Positions 20,454 to 30,067 of a stretch of 64,000 bases of DNA are shown piece after piece. Each line of letters opens with the position of its first letter. The stretch's first letter is position 1. The position numbers were made by a program, and so were the translations under genes. The notes beneath the pieces are model-generated. The model did not search any database, was not told where the DNA came from, and worked only from the letters and a program-made list of their open reading frames with translations. The stretch lies in contig OZ253555.1 of the NCBI GenBank assembly GCA_965262725.1, forward strand, positions 2,720,001 through 2,784,000, read 5' to 3'. The DNA comes from Dehalococcoidia bacterium. GTDB lineage: Bacteria; Chloroflexota; Dehalococcoidia; UBA2979.

Positions 20454-21446
20454 TCAGGCCGGGGGGTCGTGGCGCAGCACGACCTTGCCGAAGTTCGCGT
20501 TCGACTCCATGTAGCGGTGCGCCTCGGCGACCTCGGCGAGCGGGAAGACGCGGTCCACGACCGGGAGCAGGCGCCCCGACTCAAAGAGCGGGAGGAGATG
20601 GCGCGCCACGTCCTGCGTGAGGGCGGCCTTCTCCTCGAGCGGGCGCGAGCGGAGCACCGTTCCGTGAACGCGCAGGCGCTTGCGCATGAGCAAGCCGAGA
20701 TCGAGATCCGTCCTCGCACCGCTCAGCGTGCCGACCACGACCATTCTCCCGCGGAGGGCGAGCGAGGCGATGTTGCTGGCCCAGTACTCCCCGCCGACCA
20801 CGTCGAGCACGACGTCGACGCCCCGACCGCGCGTCTCCTCGCGGACGACATCGGCGAAATCTTGCTCGTGGTAGTCGACGCCGACGCCGAGGCCGAGCTC
20901 GCGCGCGCGGGCGAGCTTCTCCACCGAGCCGGCCGTGCCGAAGACACGGCAACCCATCTGCGCGGCGATCTGCACCGCCGCCGTCCCGACGCCCGAGCCC
21001 ACGGCGTGCACGAGCACGCTCTCGCCCGCCCCGAGCGCGCACTGGACGACGAGCGCATCGTAGGCCGTCAGGAAGACCTCCGGGATGGCCGCGGCCTGCT
21101 CGAGGTCGAGCCTCGCCGGCACCGCCATCAGCATCCGTTCGTGGACGGCGACACGGGAGCCGTAGCCGCCGCCGCCGAGCAGCGCCATGACGCGGTCGCC
21201 GGGCCGCCAGGACGAGACGTGGTCCCCCACCGCGAGCACGGTCCCAGCCGCCTCGAGCCCGGGGATATCGTCACGCGTGCCCGGGGGACCCGGGTAGCGG
21301 CCGATGCGCTGCAGCAAGTCGGCGCGGTTGAGCGCGGTGGCGTGCACCGCGACCAGCGCCTCCTCTGGGCCGAAGGGCGGATCCGGCTCCTCCCGGACGC
21401 TGAAGACCTCCGGTCCGCCGGGCTCGGTGATCACCGCCGCTCGCAT
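20454..21446 (-). CDS. NAD(P)H:quinone oxidoreductase, PIG3 family
   Basis: 'ALNRADLLQR.G.YP', 'AIPEVFLTAY', 'HAVGSGVGTAA', 'ESNANFGKVVL'. Confidence 0.92.
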   Translation of the reverse strand: MRAAVITEPGGPEVFSVREEPDPPFGPEEALVAVHATALNRADLLQRIGRYPGPPGTRDDIPGLEAAGTVLAVGDHVSSWRPGDRVMALLGGGGYGSRVAVHERMLMAVPARLDLEQAAAIPEVFLTAYDALVVQCALGAGESVLVHAVGSGVGTAAVQIAAQMGCRVFGTAGSVEKLARARELGLGVGVDYHEQDFADVVREETRGRGVDVVLDVVGGEYWASNIASLALRGRMVVVGTLSGARTDLDLGLLMRKRLRVHGTVLRSRPLEEKAALTQDVARHLLPLFESGRLLPVVDRVFPLAEVAEAHRYMESNANFGKVVLRHDPPA

Positions 21447-21595
21447 CGTGTCCCCCGCCCCACCCTCGCGGCACCCGTCGGGGCGCCGCGAAGGCCGAGG
21501 CTACGATGCGCCACCTCCGTGGTCGAGGCGGACCGTATACTCGGGGAAACGCGCCGGGAGGCGCGGGACGGTACCTCGGGAGGAGAGGGGGCGTG

Positions 21596-22981
21596 ATGGG
21601 TTGGCACGCAGACCCGGCCGCACCGAGCGCGACGCTCGCGCGCTTCGTCGCGGAAGCATCGGTCCCGGAGGCCGTGCGCCGCACCGCCAGGCGCTACCTG
21701 CTCGACTGGCTGGGATCGACGCTCGCGGGCGGCGAGCTGGCGCCGCCACGCATCGTGCAGGCCGTCGCCGAGGAGCTCGGCGGCGCGCCGCAGGCCACGG
21801 TGCTGGCGAGCGGCCGGCAGAGTTCGGCGCCGCTCGCGGCGCTCGCGAACGCCGCCGCGTCGCACGTGCTGGAGATGGACGACCTCGATCGCGCCTCGAT
21901 CTCGCACCCGGGCGCTCCCGTGATCGCCGCGGCGCTCGCCGTCGGCGAGCGGGACGGCGCCTCCGGCGAGGAGTTGCTCGACGCGATCGCGATCGGCTAC
22001 GAGGCGATGATCCGGGTAGGCGAGGCGCTGGGGCCGGCGCACTACGAGCACTGGCACATGACCGGGACCGCCGGTACGCTCGGCGCCGCCTCCGCCGCGA
22101 GCCGCCTCGCGCGGCTCGACGCGCACGCGACGCTGATGGCGCTGGGCTCGGCCGGCACTATGACGGCGGGGCTGTGGGAGTTCCTCGCAGACGGCGCGAT
22201 GTCGAAGCAGCTGCACCCGGCGAAGGCGGCGCACGACGGCGTGCTGGCGGCGCTGCTGGCGGCGCGAGGATTCACCGCCGCCACGCGCATCCTCGAGGGC
22301 CCGAAGGGGCTCTTCGCGGCGATGGCACCTCAGGGCGATCCGGGAGCGATCGTCGAGGGTCTCGGCCCGGAGATGACGACGTGGCGCATCGGCGGGGTTT
22401 CCTTCAAGGTGCACGCCTCGTGCCGCCACACGCACCCGGCCGTCGACGCGGCGCTCGCGCTCCGGGAAGAGCACGGGCTGCGCCCCGACGAGGTGGAGCG
22501 GGTCTCCGTGCGGCTCTACGGGCAGGCACTGGGCCTGCTTGAGGGGATGGAGCCGACCACGCCCTACGCCGCCAAGTTCTCGCTCCCCTACTGCGTCGCG
22601 AGCGCGCTCACCCACGGCGACCTCGCACCCCACCGGTTCTCGGATGAGGCGATCGGCGACCCCGGCGTGCTGGCGCTCGCGGATCGCATCTCGTTCTCGG
22701 TGGACCCCGAACTCGACGCACTCTACCCCCAGGCCTGGCCCTCGATCGTGAGCGTGACGAAGACGGACGGCAGCACGCTCGAGCGACGCGTCGACCATCC
22801 CGCCGGCGATCCCGAGAACGGGCTCACCGACGAGGAGATCGCCGCCAAGTTCGCCTCGATAGTCGACCCCCTGCTCGGCGGGGGGAGCCGCGGGATCGCA
22901 CGCGACATCCTGGCGCGCGATCCCGCCCCGGACGCCCGGGAGATCGCGCACGCCGCCACGCTGGTGCTGCAGCCCGGATAG
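21596..22981 (+). CDS. MmgE/PrpD family protein
   Basis: 'SHVLEMDD...SHPG', 'WHMTG', 'SKQLH', 'FKVHASCRHTH', 'AKFSLPY'; TATACT at 21536-21541. Confidence 0.92.
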   Translation: MGWHADPAAPSATLARFVAEASVPEAVRRTARRYLLDWLGSTLAGGELAPPRIVQAVAEELGGAPQATVLASGRQSSAPLAALANAAASHVLEMDDLDRASISHPGAPVIAAALAVGERDGASGEELLDAIAIGYEAMIRVGEALGPAHYEHWHMTGTAGTLGAASAASRLARLDAHATLMALGSAGTMTAGLWEFLADGAMSKQLHPAKAAHDGVLAALLAARGFTAATRILEGPKGLFAAMAPQGDPGAIVEGLGPEMTTWRIGGVSFKVHASCRHTHPAVDAALALREEHGLRPDEVERVSVRLYGQALGLLEGMEPTTPYAAKFSLPYCVASALTHGDLAPHRFSDEAIGDPGVLALADRISFSVDPELDALYPQAWPSIVSVTKTDGSTLERRVDHPAGDPENGLTDEEIAAKFASIVDPLLGGGSRGIARDILARDPAPDAREIAHAATLVLQPG

Positions 22982-23033
22982 CCCTGGGGCGTCATCCGGT
23001 CAGGGCCGCACCGGCGGCTGGAGAGGTGCGCCC

Positions 23034-25544
23034 GTGCCCGACAGGGAGAACGCGAAGGGAGCCCGGGTCAGGCTTCGCCTCACCGCCGACGATCTCACCG
23101 CGGGCCTCGACCCGGCGCAGCTCGGCTTCGCGCACACCGGCGAGCTCCATCCGCTCGAGGCGGTATTCGGCCAGGAGCGCGCCGTTCGCGCGATCGAGTT
23201 CGCTCTCGGGATGGCGGGCACCGGATACAACCTCTACGCCGCCGGCCCGGACGGGCTGGGTAAGCAGAGCGTCGTCGAGGCCCTGCTCCGTCGCCACGCG
23301 GCGCTGCGGCCAGCGCCTCCCGACTGGGTCTATGTACGCAACTTCGCCGACCCGGATCGCCCGGTCGGCATCGCGCTCCCGGCGGGGTACGGGCGGGCCT
23401 TCGCCGCCGAGGTCGACGCGACGGTCACCACGGCGATCGAGGAGCTGCGTCAGGCCTTCGAGTCCGACTCCTACGCGCGCCAGCAGCAGGAAGTCGGGCA
23501 GGAACTGGAGCGGCGGCATTCCCTGCTGCTCGAACAGATGCGCGAGGCGGCCGAATCCCTAGACTTCGCGCTCACGGTCACGCCGAGCGGCATCACGACC
23601 GCGCCTGTGAGCGACGGCAAGCCGATCGCCGCCGAGGATCTCGAGCGGCTCTCGCCCGACGAGCGCAATCGCATCGACGAAGCCGGCCGCGAGCTGGAGG
23701 AACGCCTCCGTGAGCTCACGCTCCAGATACGCGCGCTCCGGCGCGAGGCGCTCGAGGCCGCGCGGCGAGTCGACGAGCACGTGGCGCGCTTCGCCGTCGA
23801 TCACCTCTTCGAGTCCCTCCTCGCAACCTGGGGCGAGGACGACGAGGTTCGCCGCTTCGTCGACGACGCGAGCGCGGACATCCTGAGCGAGCGCACCCAC
23901 CTGCGGGAGTCGACCGCGGCGGAGAGTGCCCAGCCGCCCGGTCAGGCGGCGGATCCGCTCGCGCGCTACCGGGTGAACGTCCTCGTCAGCAACCACCCGG
24001 GTGCCGGCGCCCCCGTGATCACGGAGCAGCACCCCACCTACGACAACCTGCTCGGGCGCATCGAATATATGGGGCGGTTCGGATCGCTGGTCACCGACCA
24101 CACGCAGATCAAGCCCGGCGCGCTTGCGCGCGCAAACGGTGGATTCGTCGTGGTGCGGCTCCGCGACCTGCTGCAGAATCCGCACGCGTACGCCGGGCTG
24201 AAACGCGCGCTGCTCGCCGGCTCGCTTGCGATCGAGAACCCGGGCGCGCACTACGGCCCGGCGCCGACCAGCGCACTGCGCCCCGAGCCGATTCCGCTCG
24301 ACGTGAAAGTCGTGATCGTCGGCGAGGCGCACCTCTACCACCTGCTCCACCGCGTCGATCCCGACTTCCGCTCGCTCTTCCGGGTCAAGGCCGACTTCGA
24401 CGTGGACGTCCCTCGTTCGATGGAGAACGTGCGCGGCCTCGCCGCCTTCATCCGGGGACAGTCCGGGCGGGAGAGCCTCTTCGACTTCGGGGCGGACGCC
24501 GTCGCACGGCTCGTCGAGCACTCCTCGCGCGAGGTGGAGGACCAGCGCCGGCTCTCCGCGAACATGGGCGCGCTCGACGACCTCCTGCGGCAGTCGCACT
24601 ACTGGGCGGAGCAGGGTGGCGCCGGGCTGGTCGAGGCGGCACACGTGGAGCGGGCACTCGCGGAGCGAGAGTACCGGTCGGCGCTCGCCCGCGACCGCAT
24701 CCAGCAGCTCATCGACGACGGCACGATTTTCCTGGACGTGGAGGGCCGCCGCGTCGGCCAGATCAACGCCCTTTCCGTCTACGACCTCGGCGAGGTCCGC
24801 TTCGGCCGGCCCTCACGCATCAGCTGCGTCGTCTCCGCTGGGCGCGGGACGATCGTGCATGTCGACCGCGAGACCGACATGGCCGGCGCCGTGCACACCA
24901 AGGGCTTCCTGATCCTCCGCGGCTTCCTCGCTGACCGCTTCGGCCAGCACCGCGCCATGTCCCTCTACGCCAGCCTCACCTTCGAGCAGCTCTACGGGCA
25001 GATCGACGGGGACTCCGCTTCCTCGACCGAGCTCTATGTCCTGATCTCCGCCCTCGCCGAGGTGCCGATCGACCAGTCCATCGCCGTCACGGGTTCGGTC
25101 AACCAGCGCGGCCAGGTGCAGCCGATCGGTGGCGCGACGGCGAAGATCGAGGGCTTCTTCGAGGTCTGCCGCGCCCGGGGCGTGACCGGGACGCAAGGAG
25201 TGATCGTGCCGCGGGCGAACATCGCAACCGTGACGCTGCGCCCCGACGTCGCGCGCGCCGTCTCCGAGGGGAGCTTCCACGTCTGGGCCGCCGACACCAT
25301 CGAGGAGGGACTCGAGATCCTCACCGGCCTTCCGGCGGGGGCGCGCAACCAGGCGGGACTCTACCCGGAGGGGACCATCTTCCGCCGCGTCGCCGACCGC
25401 CTCGAAGACTTCGCACGGACCGTCTCGGGCGAGCGAGTGTCGGCGATGGCAGACCATACTTATGTCGGGATGCCGACCTCTCCCCTGCCCTGGCCGCCGG
25501 GCATCCCACCCGAACCCCCCCCGGAGCCACCCGTCCAGCTATGA
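23034..25544 (+). CDS. Lon-like (LonC/S16) protease with AAA-like domain
   Basis: 'GQERAVRAIEF', 'DWVYVRNF', 'PGALARANGG'; Ser-Lys dyad in 'FEQLYGQIDGDSASSTE' and 'GGATAKIEGF'. Confidence 0.92.
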   Translation: MPDRENAKGARVRLRLTADDLTAGLDPAQLGFAHTGELHPLEAVFGQERAVRAIEFALGMAGTGYNLYAAGPDGLGKQSVVEALLRRHAALRPAPPDWVYVRNFADPDRPVGIALPAGYGRAFAAEVDATVTTAIEELRQAFESDSYARQQQEVGQELERRHSLLLEQMREAAESLDFALTVTPSGITTAPVSDGKPIAAEDLERLSPDERNRIDEAGRELEERLRELTLQIRALRREALEAARRVDEHVARFAVDHLFESLLATWGEDDEVRRFVDDASADILSERTHLRESTAAESAQPPGQAADPLARYRVNVLVSNHPGAGAPVITEQHPTYDNLLGRIEYMGRFGSLVTDHTQIKPGALARANGGFVVVRLRDLLQNPHAYAGLKRALLAGSLAIENPGAHYGPAPTSALRPEPIPLDVKVVIVGEAHLYHLLHRVDPDFRSLFRVKADFDVDVPRSMENVRGLAAFIRGQSGRESLFDFGADAVARLVEHSSREVEDQRRLSANMGALDDLLRQSHYWAEQGGAGLVEAAHVERALAEREYRSALARDRIQQLIDDGTIFLDVEGRRVGQINALSVYDLGEVRFGRPSRISCVVSAGRGTIVHVDRETDMAGAVHTKGFLILRGFLADRFGQHRAMSLYASLTFEQLYGQIDGDSASSTELYVLISALAEVPIDQSIAVTGSVNQRGQVQPIGGATAKIEGFFEVCRARGVTGTQGVIVPRANIATVTLRPDVARAVSEGSFHVWAADTIEEGLEILTGLPAGARNQAGLYPEGTIFRRVADRLEDFARTVSGERVSAMADHTYVGMPTSPLPWPPGIPPEPPPEPPVQL

Positions 25545-25580
25545 GCATGCGCCGGGACGGTCCAGGCGGGCGGCGCTCCG

Positions 25581-26210
25581 ATGAGTCCTGAAGCCCGGGC
25601 GGCACCACCGCTCCTCACGCTCGATCTCGACGGCGTAATCTGCAGCCCGCCCCTCGGCGTGAACATGGGGATCCACCGCGGCTTCCTCGAACCGGCAGCG
25701 GGGCCTACGCAGGCGCACGTGCCTCCGCGCTGGCTTTCCGCTCTCGTCGATCCGCCGCGCTTCGAGCTCCGCCGACCGCTCCCGGGTATCCGCCAGTCGC
25801 TGGCGGAGCTTGCGCGCGTGCGCCGGCTCGTGGTGCTCACGGGAAGGCGCACCTCGCCCGCTCGCTGGCTCGCGCGGCACGGCCTTGCCGGATTCGTGGA
25901 GGAGATCGTGATCAACGAGGGCCCGCTGTCGAGCCCCCACTACAAGCTCCACACCGTCGAGGCGCTCGGGGCCGACGAGCACGTCGACGACGACCCGCGC
26001 ACTGCGCAACTGCTCGCCGAGCGCGCCGCCTGCCGCGTCTTCCTGAGGGACTGGCCCCGCAACCGCTCTCTCCCCTACGCCCCCGGGGTGATCCGGGTCT
26101 CGGATCTCGACGGGCTCGTCCGGCTCCTCCGCGGAGCCGCCGGAGGCGACTTCGCGGAGGAGCGCCGCGGCGCCCGCGCGCGCCTGCCCCGCCCCGGGAG
26201 CGCCCCATAG
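25581..26210 (+). CDS. HAD-superfamily hydrolase
   Basis: Motif I 'LDLDGVI', motif II 'LTGR', Lys in 'HYKL', motif IV 'HVDDD'. Confidence 0.8.
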   Translation: MSPEARAAPPLLTLDLDGVICSPPLGVNMGIHRGFLEPAAGPTQAHVPPRWLSALVDPPRFELRRPLPGIRQSLAELARVRRLVVLTGRRTSPARWLARHGLAGFVEEIVINEGPLSSPHYKLHTVEALGADEHVDDDPRTAQLLAERAACRVFLRDWPRNRSLPYAPGVIRVSDLDGLVRLLRGAAGGDFAEERRGARARLPRPGSAP

Positions 26211-26230
26211 AGTCGCGGCGGGGAGGGTCC

Positions 26231-27547
26231 GTGGCGCGAGAGGACGATGCCGGCCCCTTCGAGCCCGCCGCGCGCGCCGGGATCTTCGCCTCGCTACGAC
26301 TGCGGGATTTCCGCCTGCTGTGGCTGGGGCAGGTCAGCCACACCGGCGCGCTTTGGGCGGAGCAGATCGCGGGTCCCGTGCTCGTCTACGAGCTGACGGG
26401 GTCGGCGGCGCATCTCGGTGCCGTCGTCGCGATGCGCACGCTGCCGCAGCTCGCCCTCGGCGTGGTGGCCGGCGTGATCGCCGATCGCTACGACCGCCGG
26501 CGGGTCCTGATCGTGACCAAGCTCGGCGCCTTCGGCATCGGCGTGGCGTTCGCGGCGCTGCTCGTGGCCGGGCGGCTCGAGCTCTGGCACATCTACGTCG
26601 CCTCCTTCGCCCGCGGCGCGTTCATGGCGTTCGACCAGCCAGCACGCAACTCGCTGATCCCGAGCGTCGTCCCGGCGGCATGGTTGATGAACGCGGTGGC
26701 ACTGATGGCGACCACGCAGAGCTCGATGCGGGTAGTCGGGGCGGCCGCGGCCGGCGTGACGCTGGCCGCGATCGGCACGGAGGGGACCTTCGTCCTGATC
26801 CCCATCATCTACATCGGCTCGGTGACGGCCACGATGTTGATGCGGGCGCCGGAGCAGCCGCGCCCGGCCGGGATCGGCATCGCCGCGCTGCGCGCCGATC
26901 TCGCCGAGGGGCTGCGCTTCGCGCGGGGGCACCGCGCGATCCGCGTGACGCTCCTGCTCTCGCTCCTCTTCTTCACCCTCGGCGTGCCCTACCTGCAGGT
27001 CTTCTCACCCCTCTTCGCCCTGGAAGTGCTCGATATGGGCAACATCGGCGTCGGGATCCTCCTCGCCGTGTCGGGCGTCGGGGCGCTCGTGGGCGCGCTG
27101 ATGGTCGCGTCTCAGCCCACCACGCGGCTTGGCCTGATGCTCCCCCTCCTGCTCATCGCCCTCGGCGCGGCGCTCGTCCTCTTCGCAGCATCGTCGTCGC
27201 TACCCGCGCTGTGGGGACGCCACTGGCTCCTGCTCCCGCTCGTCGCGATCGCCGTCGTCGGGATGCTGCAGACCGCCTACTTCGCGTACGTGCAGACGAT
27301 GCTGCTCGACGCGGCCCCGGATGCGCTGCGGGGGCGCATCTTCTCGCTCATCTCCCTCGATCGGGCTACCTCGACGGCGGGCGCAGCGGGCGCCGGGCTG
27401 CTTGCCGAGGCCGCCGGCACACAGCTGGCTCAGGCGGTCTACGGCGTGCTCCTCATCGTCGGGGGCGCCGCGACGCTCCTGCTCGCGAGGGAGTACCTCG
27501 CCTACCGTATGGGAGGCGGCGGCGGCGAACGACGGCCCGCTCGCTAG
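26231..27547 (+). CDS. MFS transporter (MFS_3/DHA3-like)
   Basis: 'RDFRLLWLGQ', 'GVIADRYDRRRVL', 'DQPARNSLIP'; 12 TM segments. Confidence 0.92.
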   Translation: MAREDDAGPFEPAARAGIFASLRLRDFRLLWLGQVSHTGALWAEQIAGPVLVYELTGSAAHLGAVVAMRTLPQLALGVVAGVIADRYDRRRVLIVTKLGAFGIGVAFAALLVAGRLELWHIYVASFARGAFMAFDQPARNSLIPSVVPAAWLMNAVALMATTQSSMRVVGAAAAGVTLAAIGTEGTFVLIPIIYIGSVTATMLMRAPEQPRPAGIGIAALRADLAEGLRFARGHRAIRVTLLLSLLFFTLGVPYLQVFSPLFALEVLDMGNIGVGILLAVSGVGALVGALMVASQPTTRLGLMLPLLLIALGAALVLFAASSSLPALWGRHWLLLPLVAIAVVGMLQTAYFAYVQTMLLDAAPDALRGRIFSLISLDRATSTAGAAGAGLLAEAAGTQLAQAVYGVLLIVGGAATLLLAREYLAYRMGGGGGERRPAR

Positions 27548-28425
27548 AATCGCGCCCCGAGGCGGCGGAGTAGCGCGCGGCAGGCATCCGGCTCGCCCGC
27601 GGCGAACGGCGGCACGCTGACCTGCTGCGGCGAGAGCCGGAGCGGCCGACCGTCGAAGCGCACCAGATCCCCGCCGACCCCGCGCAGGATCGCCGCCCCA
27701 CCGGCGACGTCCCACACCGAGCGCGGCCCCGTCGAGAGGTAGACATCCGCGAGGCCCGCGGAGACGTGTGCGAGCTTCACCGCGGCCGAGCCGCAGGGAT
27801 AGACCGGGAAGGGGATCCGGTAGTGCAGGCGCCGCCACTCGTAGTCGTGGCGGGAGACGACCACCCGCTCGACGGGCAAGTCACCCGAGAGCTGGCCGAG
27901 CGGCTCGCCGTCGAGGCACGCCCCGGACGCTCCGGCCACGGATATGCCCGAGAGCAGTCGGCGATCGCCCGGGATGTAAACCGCACCGAGCACGAGCTGG
28001 TCGTTGGCGAAGAAGCCGACGGAGACGCCGAATTCGGGCAGGCCGCGCAGGAACTCGCGCGTGCCGTCGAGTGGGTCCACCACCCAGGTGGGTTCGCCGC
28101 GAACGAGCGGATCGCCCTGCGCGGACTCCTCGGAGAGCCAGTGCGCCCCGGGGTAGAGCGCCATCAACTCGCGCCGCAGCACCGCGTCGGCGGCGTAGTC
28201 GGCCTCGCTGACCGGGCCCTCCCCGGGCTTGTGATGGACGCGGATGCGGCGGCGGCGAGCGACCGTCAGGATCGCCTCACCGGCGGCACGCACCGCGTCC
28301 TCGAGCCCGGAGCGGAGCTCCTCGATGCCCGGGAGAGAGAGAGGGGTGCGCGCCGGTACTCCCGCCGACGCCGGATCGGGAGGCGGCGCGCCGTCACCGT
28401 CGTCTGGTGGACTGCTCGCGCTCGT
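27544..28425 (-). CDS. Inositol monophosphatase/CysQ family phosphatase; start uncertain (ACG after GGAGG)
   Basis: 'SEADYAAD', 'WLSEES', 'WVVDPLDGTREF', 'GSAA', 'WDVAGG'. Confidence 0.85.
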   Translation of the reverse strand, partial: TSASSPPDDGDGAPPPDPASAGVPARTPLSLPGIEELRSGLEDAVRAAGEAILTVARRRRIRVHHKPGEGPVSEADYAADAVLRRELMALYPGAHWLSEESAQGDPLVRGEPTWVVDPLDGTREFLRGLPEFGVSVGFFANDQLVLGAVYIPGDRRLLSGISVAGASGACLDGEPLGQLSGDLPVERVVVSRHDYEWRRLHYRIPFPVYPCGSAAVKLAHVSAGLADVYLSTGPRSVWDVAGGAAILRGVGGDLVRFDGRPLRLSPQQVSVPPFAAGEPDACRALLRRLGARF

Positions 28426-28469
28426 GTTCGCCTCCGTCGACCCCCGCCGGCCGCCGCCGTCAGGGGCCG

Positions 28470-28479
28470 ATGCTACACT
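28470..28479. promoter_or_regulatory. Overlapping divergent -10 elements (TG-n-TACACT on +, TAGCAT on -)
   Basis: Lies between the divergent cysQ-like and glcD genes; 9 nt from the glcD ATG. Confidence 0.5.
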
Positions 28480-28488
28480 CGCCCGGCG

Positions 28489-30030
28489 ATGCCCACGAAC
28501 GCGACCGCCACCCGGGACGACGGGGCCACCTTGGCCGGCGGCGAGCCGCCCAACCCGCTGCGCACCGACCCGAAGCTGCGCGCCGCGCTGGCACGCGAGC
28601 TGCGGGCGATCGTGGGCCGCGGGCACGTCATCGACGCCCCCGAGGAGCTCCTCGTCTACGAGTACGATGCGACGATCGATCGGGCGCGGCCCGATCTCGT
28701 CGTGCTACCGGCGACCACCGACGAGGCGGCGGCCGCCCTCGGTGCCTGCGCCCGGGCTCGCGTCCCCGTCGTCCCCCGCGGATCGGGAACGGGGTTCGCC
28801 GGAGGCGCGCTTCCCGTCAATGGCGGCGTCGTCGTGGCGACGGCGCGCATGACCCGGATCCGCGAGCTCGACCCGGAGGAGCGGATAGCCGTCGTCGAGC
28901 CCGGCGTCATTAATCTCGCGCTGCAGCAGGCCGCAGCCGAGCACGGGCTGCGCTACGCCCCCGATCCCTCCTCCCAGCGCATCTGCACCATCGGGGGGAA
29001 CGTCGCCACCAACGCCGGCGGCCCGCACACGCTGGCGCACGGAAGCACCGTGAACCACGTGCTCGGTGTGGAGCTCGTCCTGCCGGACGGCCGCGTGACG
29101 TGGCTCGGCGGGCGTCAGCTCGACGCACCGGGCGTGGATCTCCGCGCGCTCGTCGTGGGCTCGGAGGGGACGCTCGGCCTCGTCACTGCGATCTGCGTGC
29201 GGCTCCTGCCGCAACCCGAGGCTGTGCGTACCATGCTCGCCGTCTTCGACACCGTCGAGGCCGCCTCCGAGGCCGTCTCGGCGATCGTCGAGCGCGGCGT
29301 GATCCCGGTCGCGCTCGAGATGCTCGACGCCGAGACCATCCGCGCCGTCGAGTCGCAGGCACGGCTCGGCTACCCGCTCGACGCGGGAGCCGTGCTGCTC
29401 GCGGAGGTGGAGGGGCTCGCCGAGCAGGTCGAGGAGGACGCCACCACCGTGATCGCCGCGCTCAAGGAGAGCGGGGCGCGGACGGTCCATTCAGCCGACG
29501 AGGAGGCCGAGAGGGAGCGGCTCTGGGAGGGGCGGAAGGCGGGTATCGGGGCGCTCGGCGCCATCTCGCCGAACTTCTACCTGCTCGACGGCGTCGTGCC
29601 GCGTACCAAGCTTCCCGCAGTGATGCGGGAGGTGATGGCGCTGTCGGAGAAGTACGGCTTCCGCTGCGCCAACATCTTCCACGCCGGCGACGGTAACCTG
29701 CACCCGAACATCATGTTCGACGAGCTCGAGCCCGGCTCCTCCTCGCGCGTCCTGGAGCTTGGGGGGGAGATCCTCCGGCTCTGCGTGGAGGCAGGCGGCT
29801 CGATCACCGGCGAGCATGGTATCGGGCTCGAGAAGCGCTCCTACATGGACTGGATCTTCGAGCCCTCCGACCTCGACGCGATGACGCGGGTGCGGGACGC
29901 CTTCGGTGGCTCCGGTCGCTTCAATCCCTGCAAGGTGCTGCCGGTCTCTCACGGCTGCGCGCAGGGGCACGCCGCCGAGGGCGGGCGGGCGGCCGTCCAC
30001 CTCGCGCAAGCGCCCGGCGTCTACCTCTAG
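28489..30030 (+). CDS. glcD: Glycolate oxidase FAD subunit
   Basis: 'PRGSGTG', 'YAPDPSS...TIGGNVATNAGG', 'GSEGTLG', 'HAGDGNLHP', 'GEHGIG'. Confidence 0.9.
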   Translation: MPTNATATRDDGATLAGGEPPNPLRTDPKLRAALARELRAIVGRGHVIDAPEELLVYEYDATIDRARPDLVVLPATTDEAAAALGACARARVPVVPRGSGTGFAGGALPVNGGVVVATARMTRIRELDPEERIAVVEPGVINLALQQAAAEHGLRYAPDPSSQRICTIGGNVATNAGGPHTLAHGSTVNHVLGVELVLPDGRVTWLGGRQLDAPGVDLRALVVGSEGTLGLVTAICVRLLPQPEAVRTMLAVFDTVEAASEAVSAIVERGVIPVALEMLDAETIRAVESQARLGYPLDAGAVLLAEVEGLAEQVEEDATTVIAALKESGARTVHSADEEAERERLWEGRKAGIGALGAISPNFYLLDGVVPRTKLPAVMREVMALSEKYGFRCANIFHAGDGNLHPNIMFDELEPGSSSRVLELGGEILRLCVEAGGSITGEHGIGLEKRSYMDWIFEPSDLDAMTRVRDAFGGSGRFNPCKVLPVSHGCAQGHAAEGGRAAVHLAQAPGVYL

Positions 30031-30067
30031 CGTGCCCGCAAGCGGCGGCGGGGCGACGAGGGAGGCC

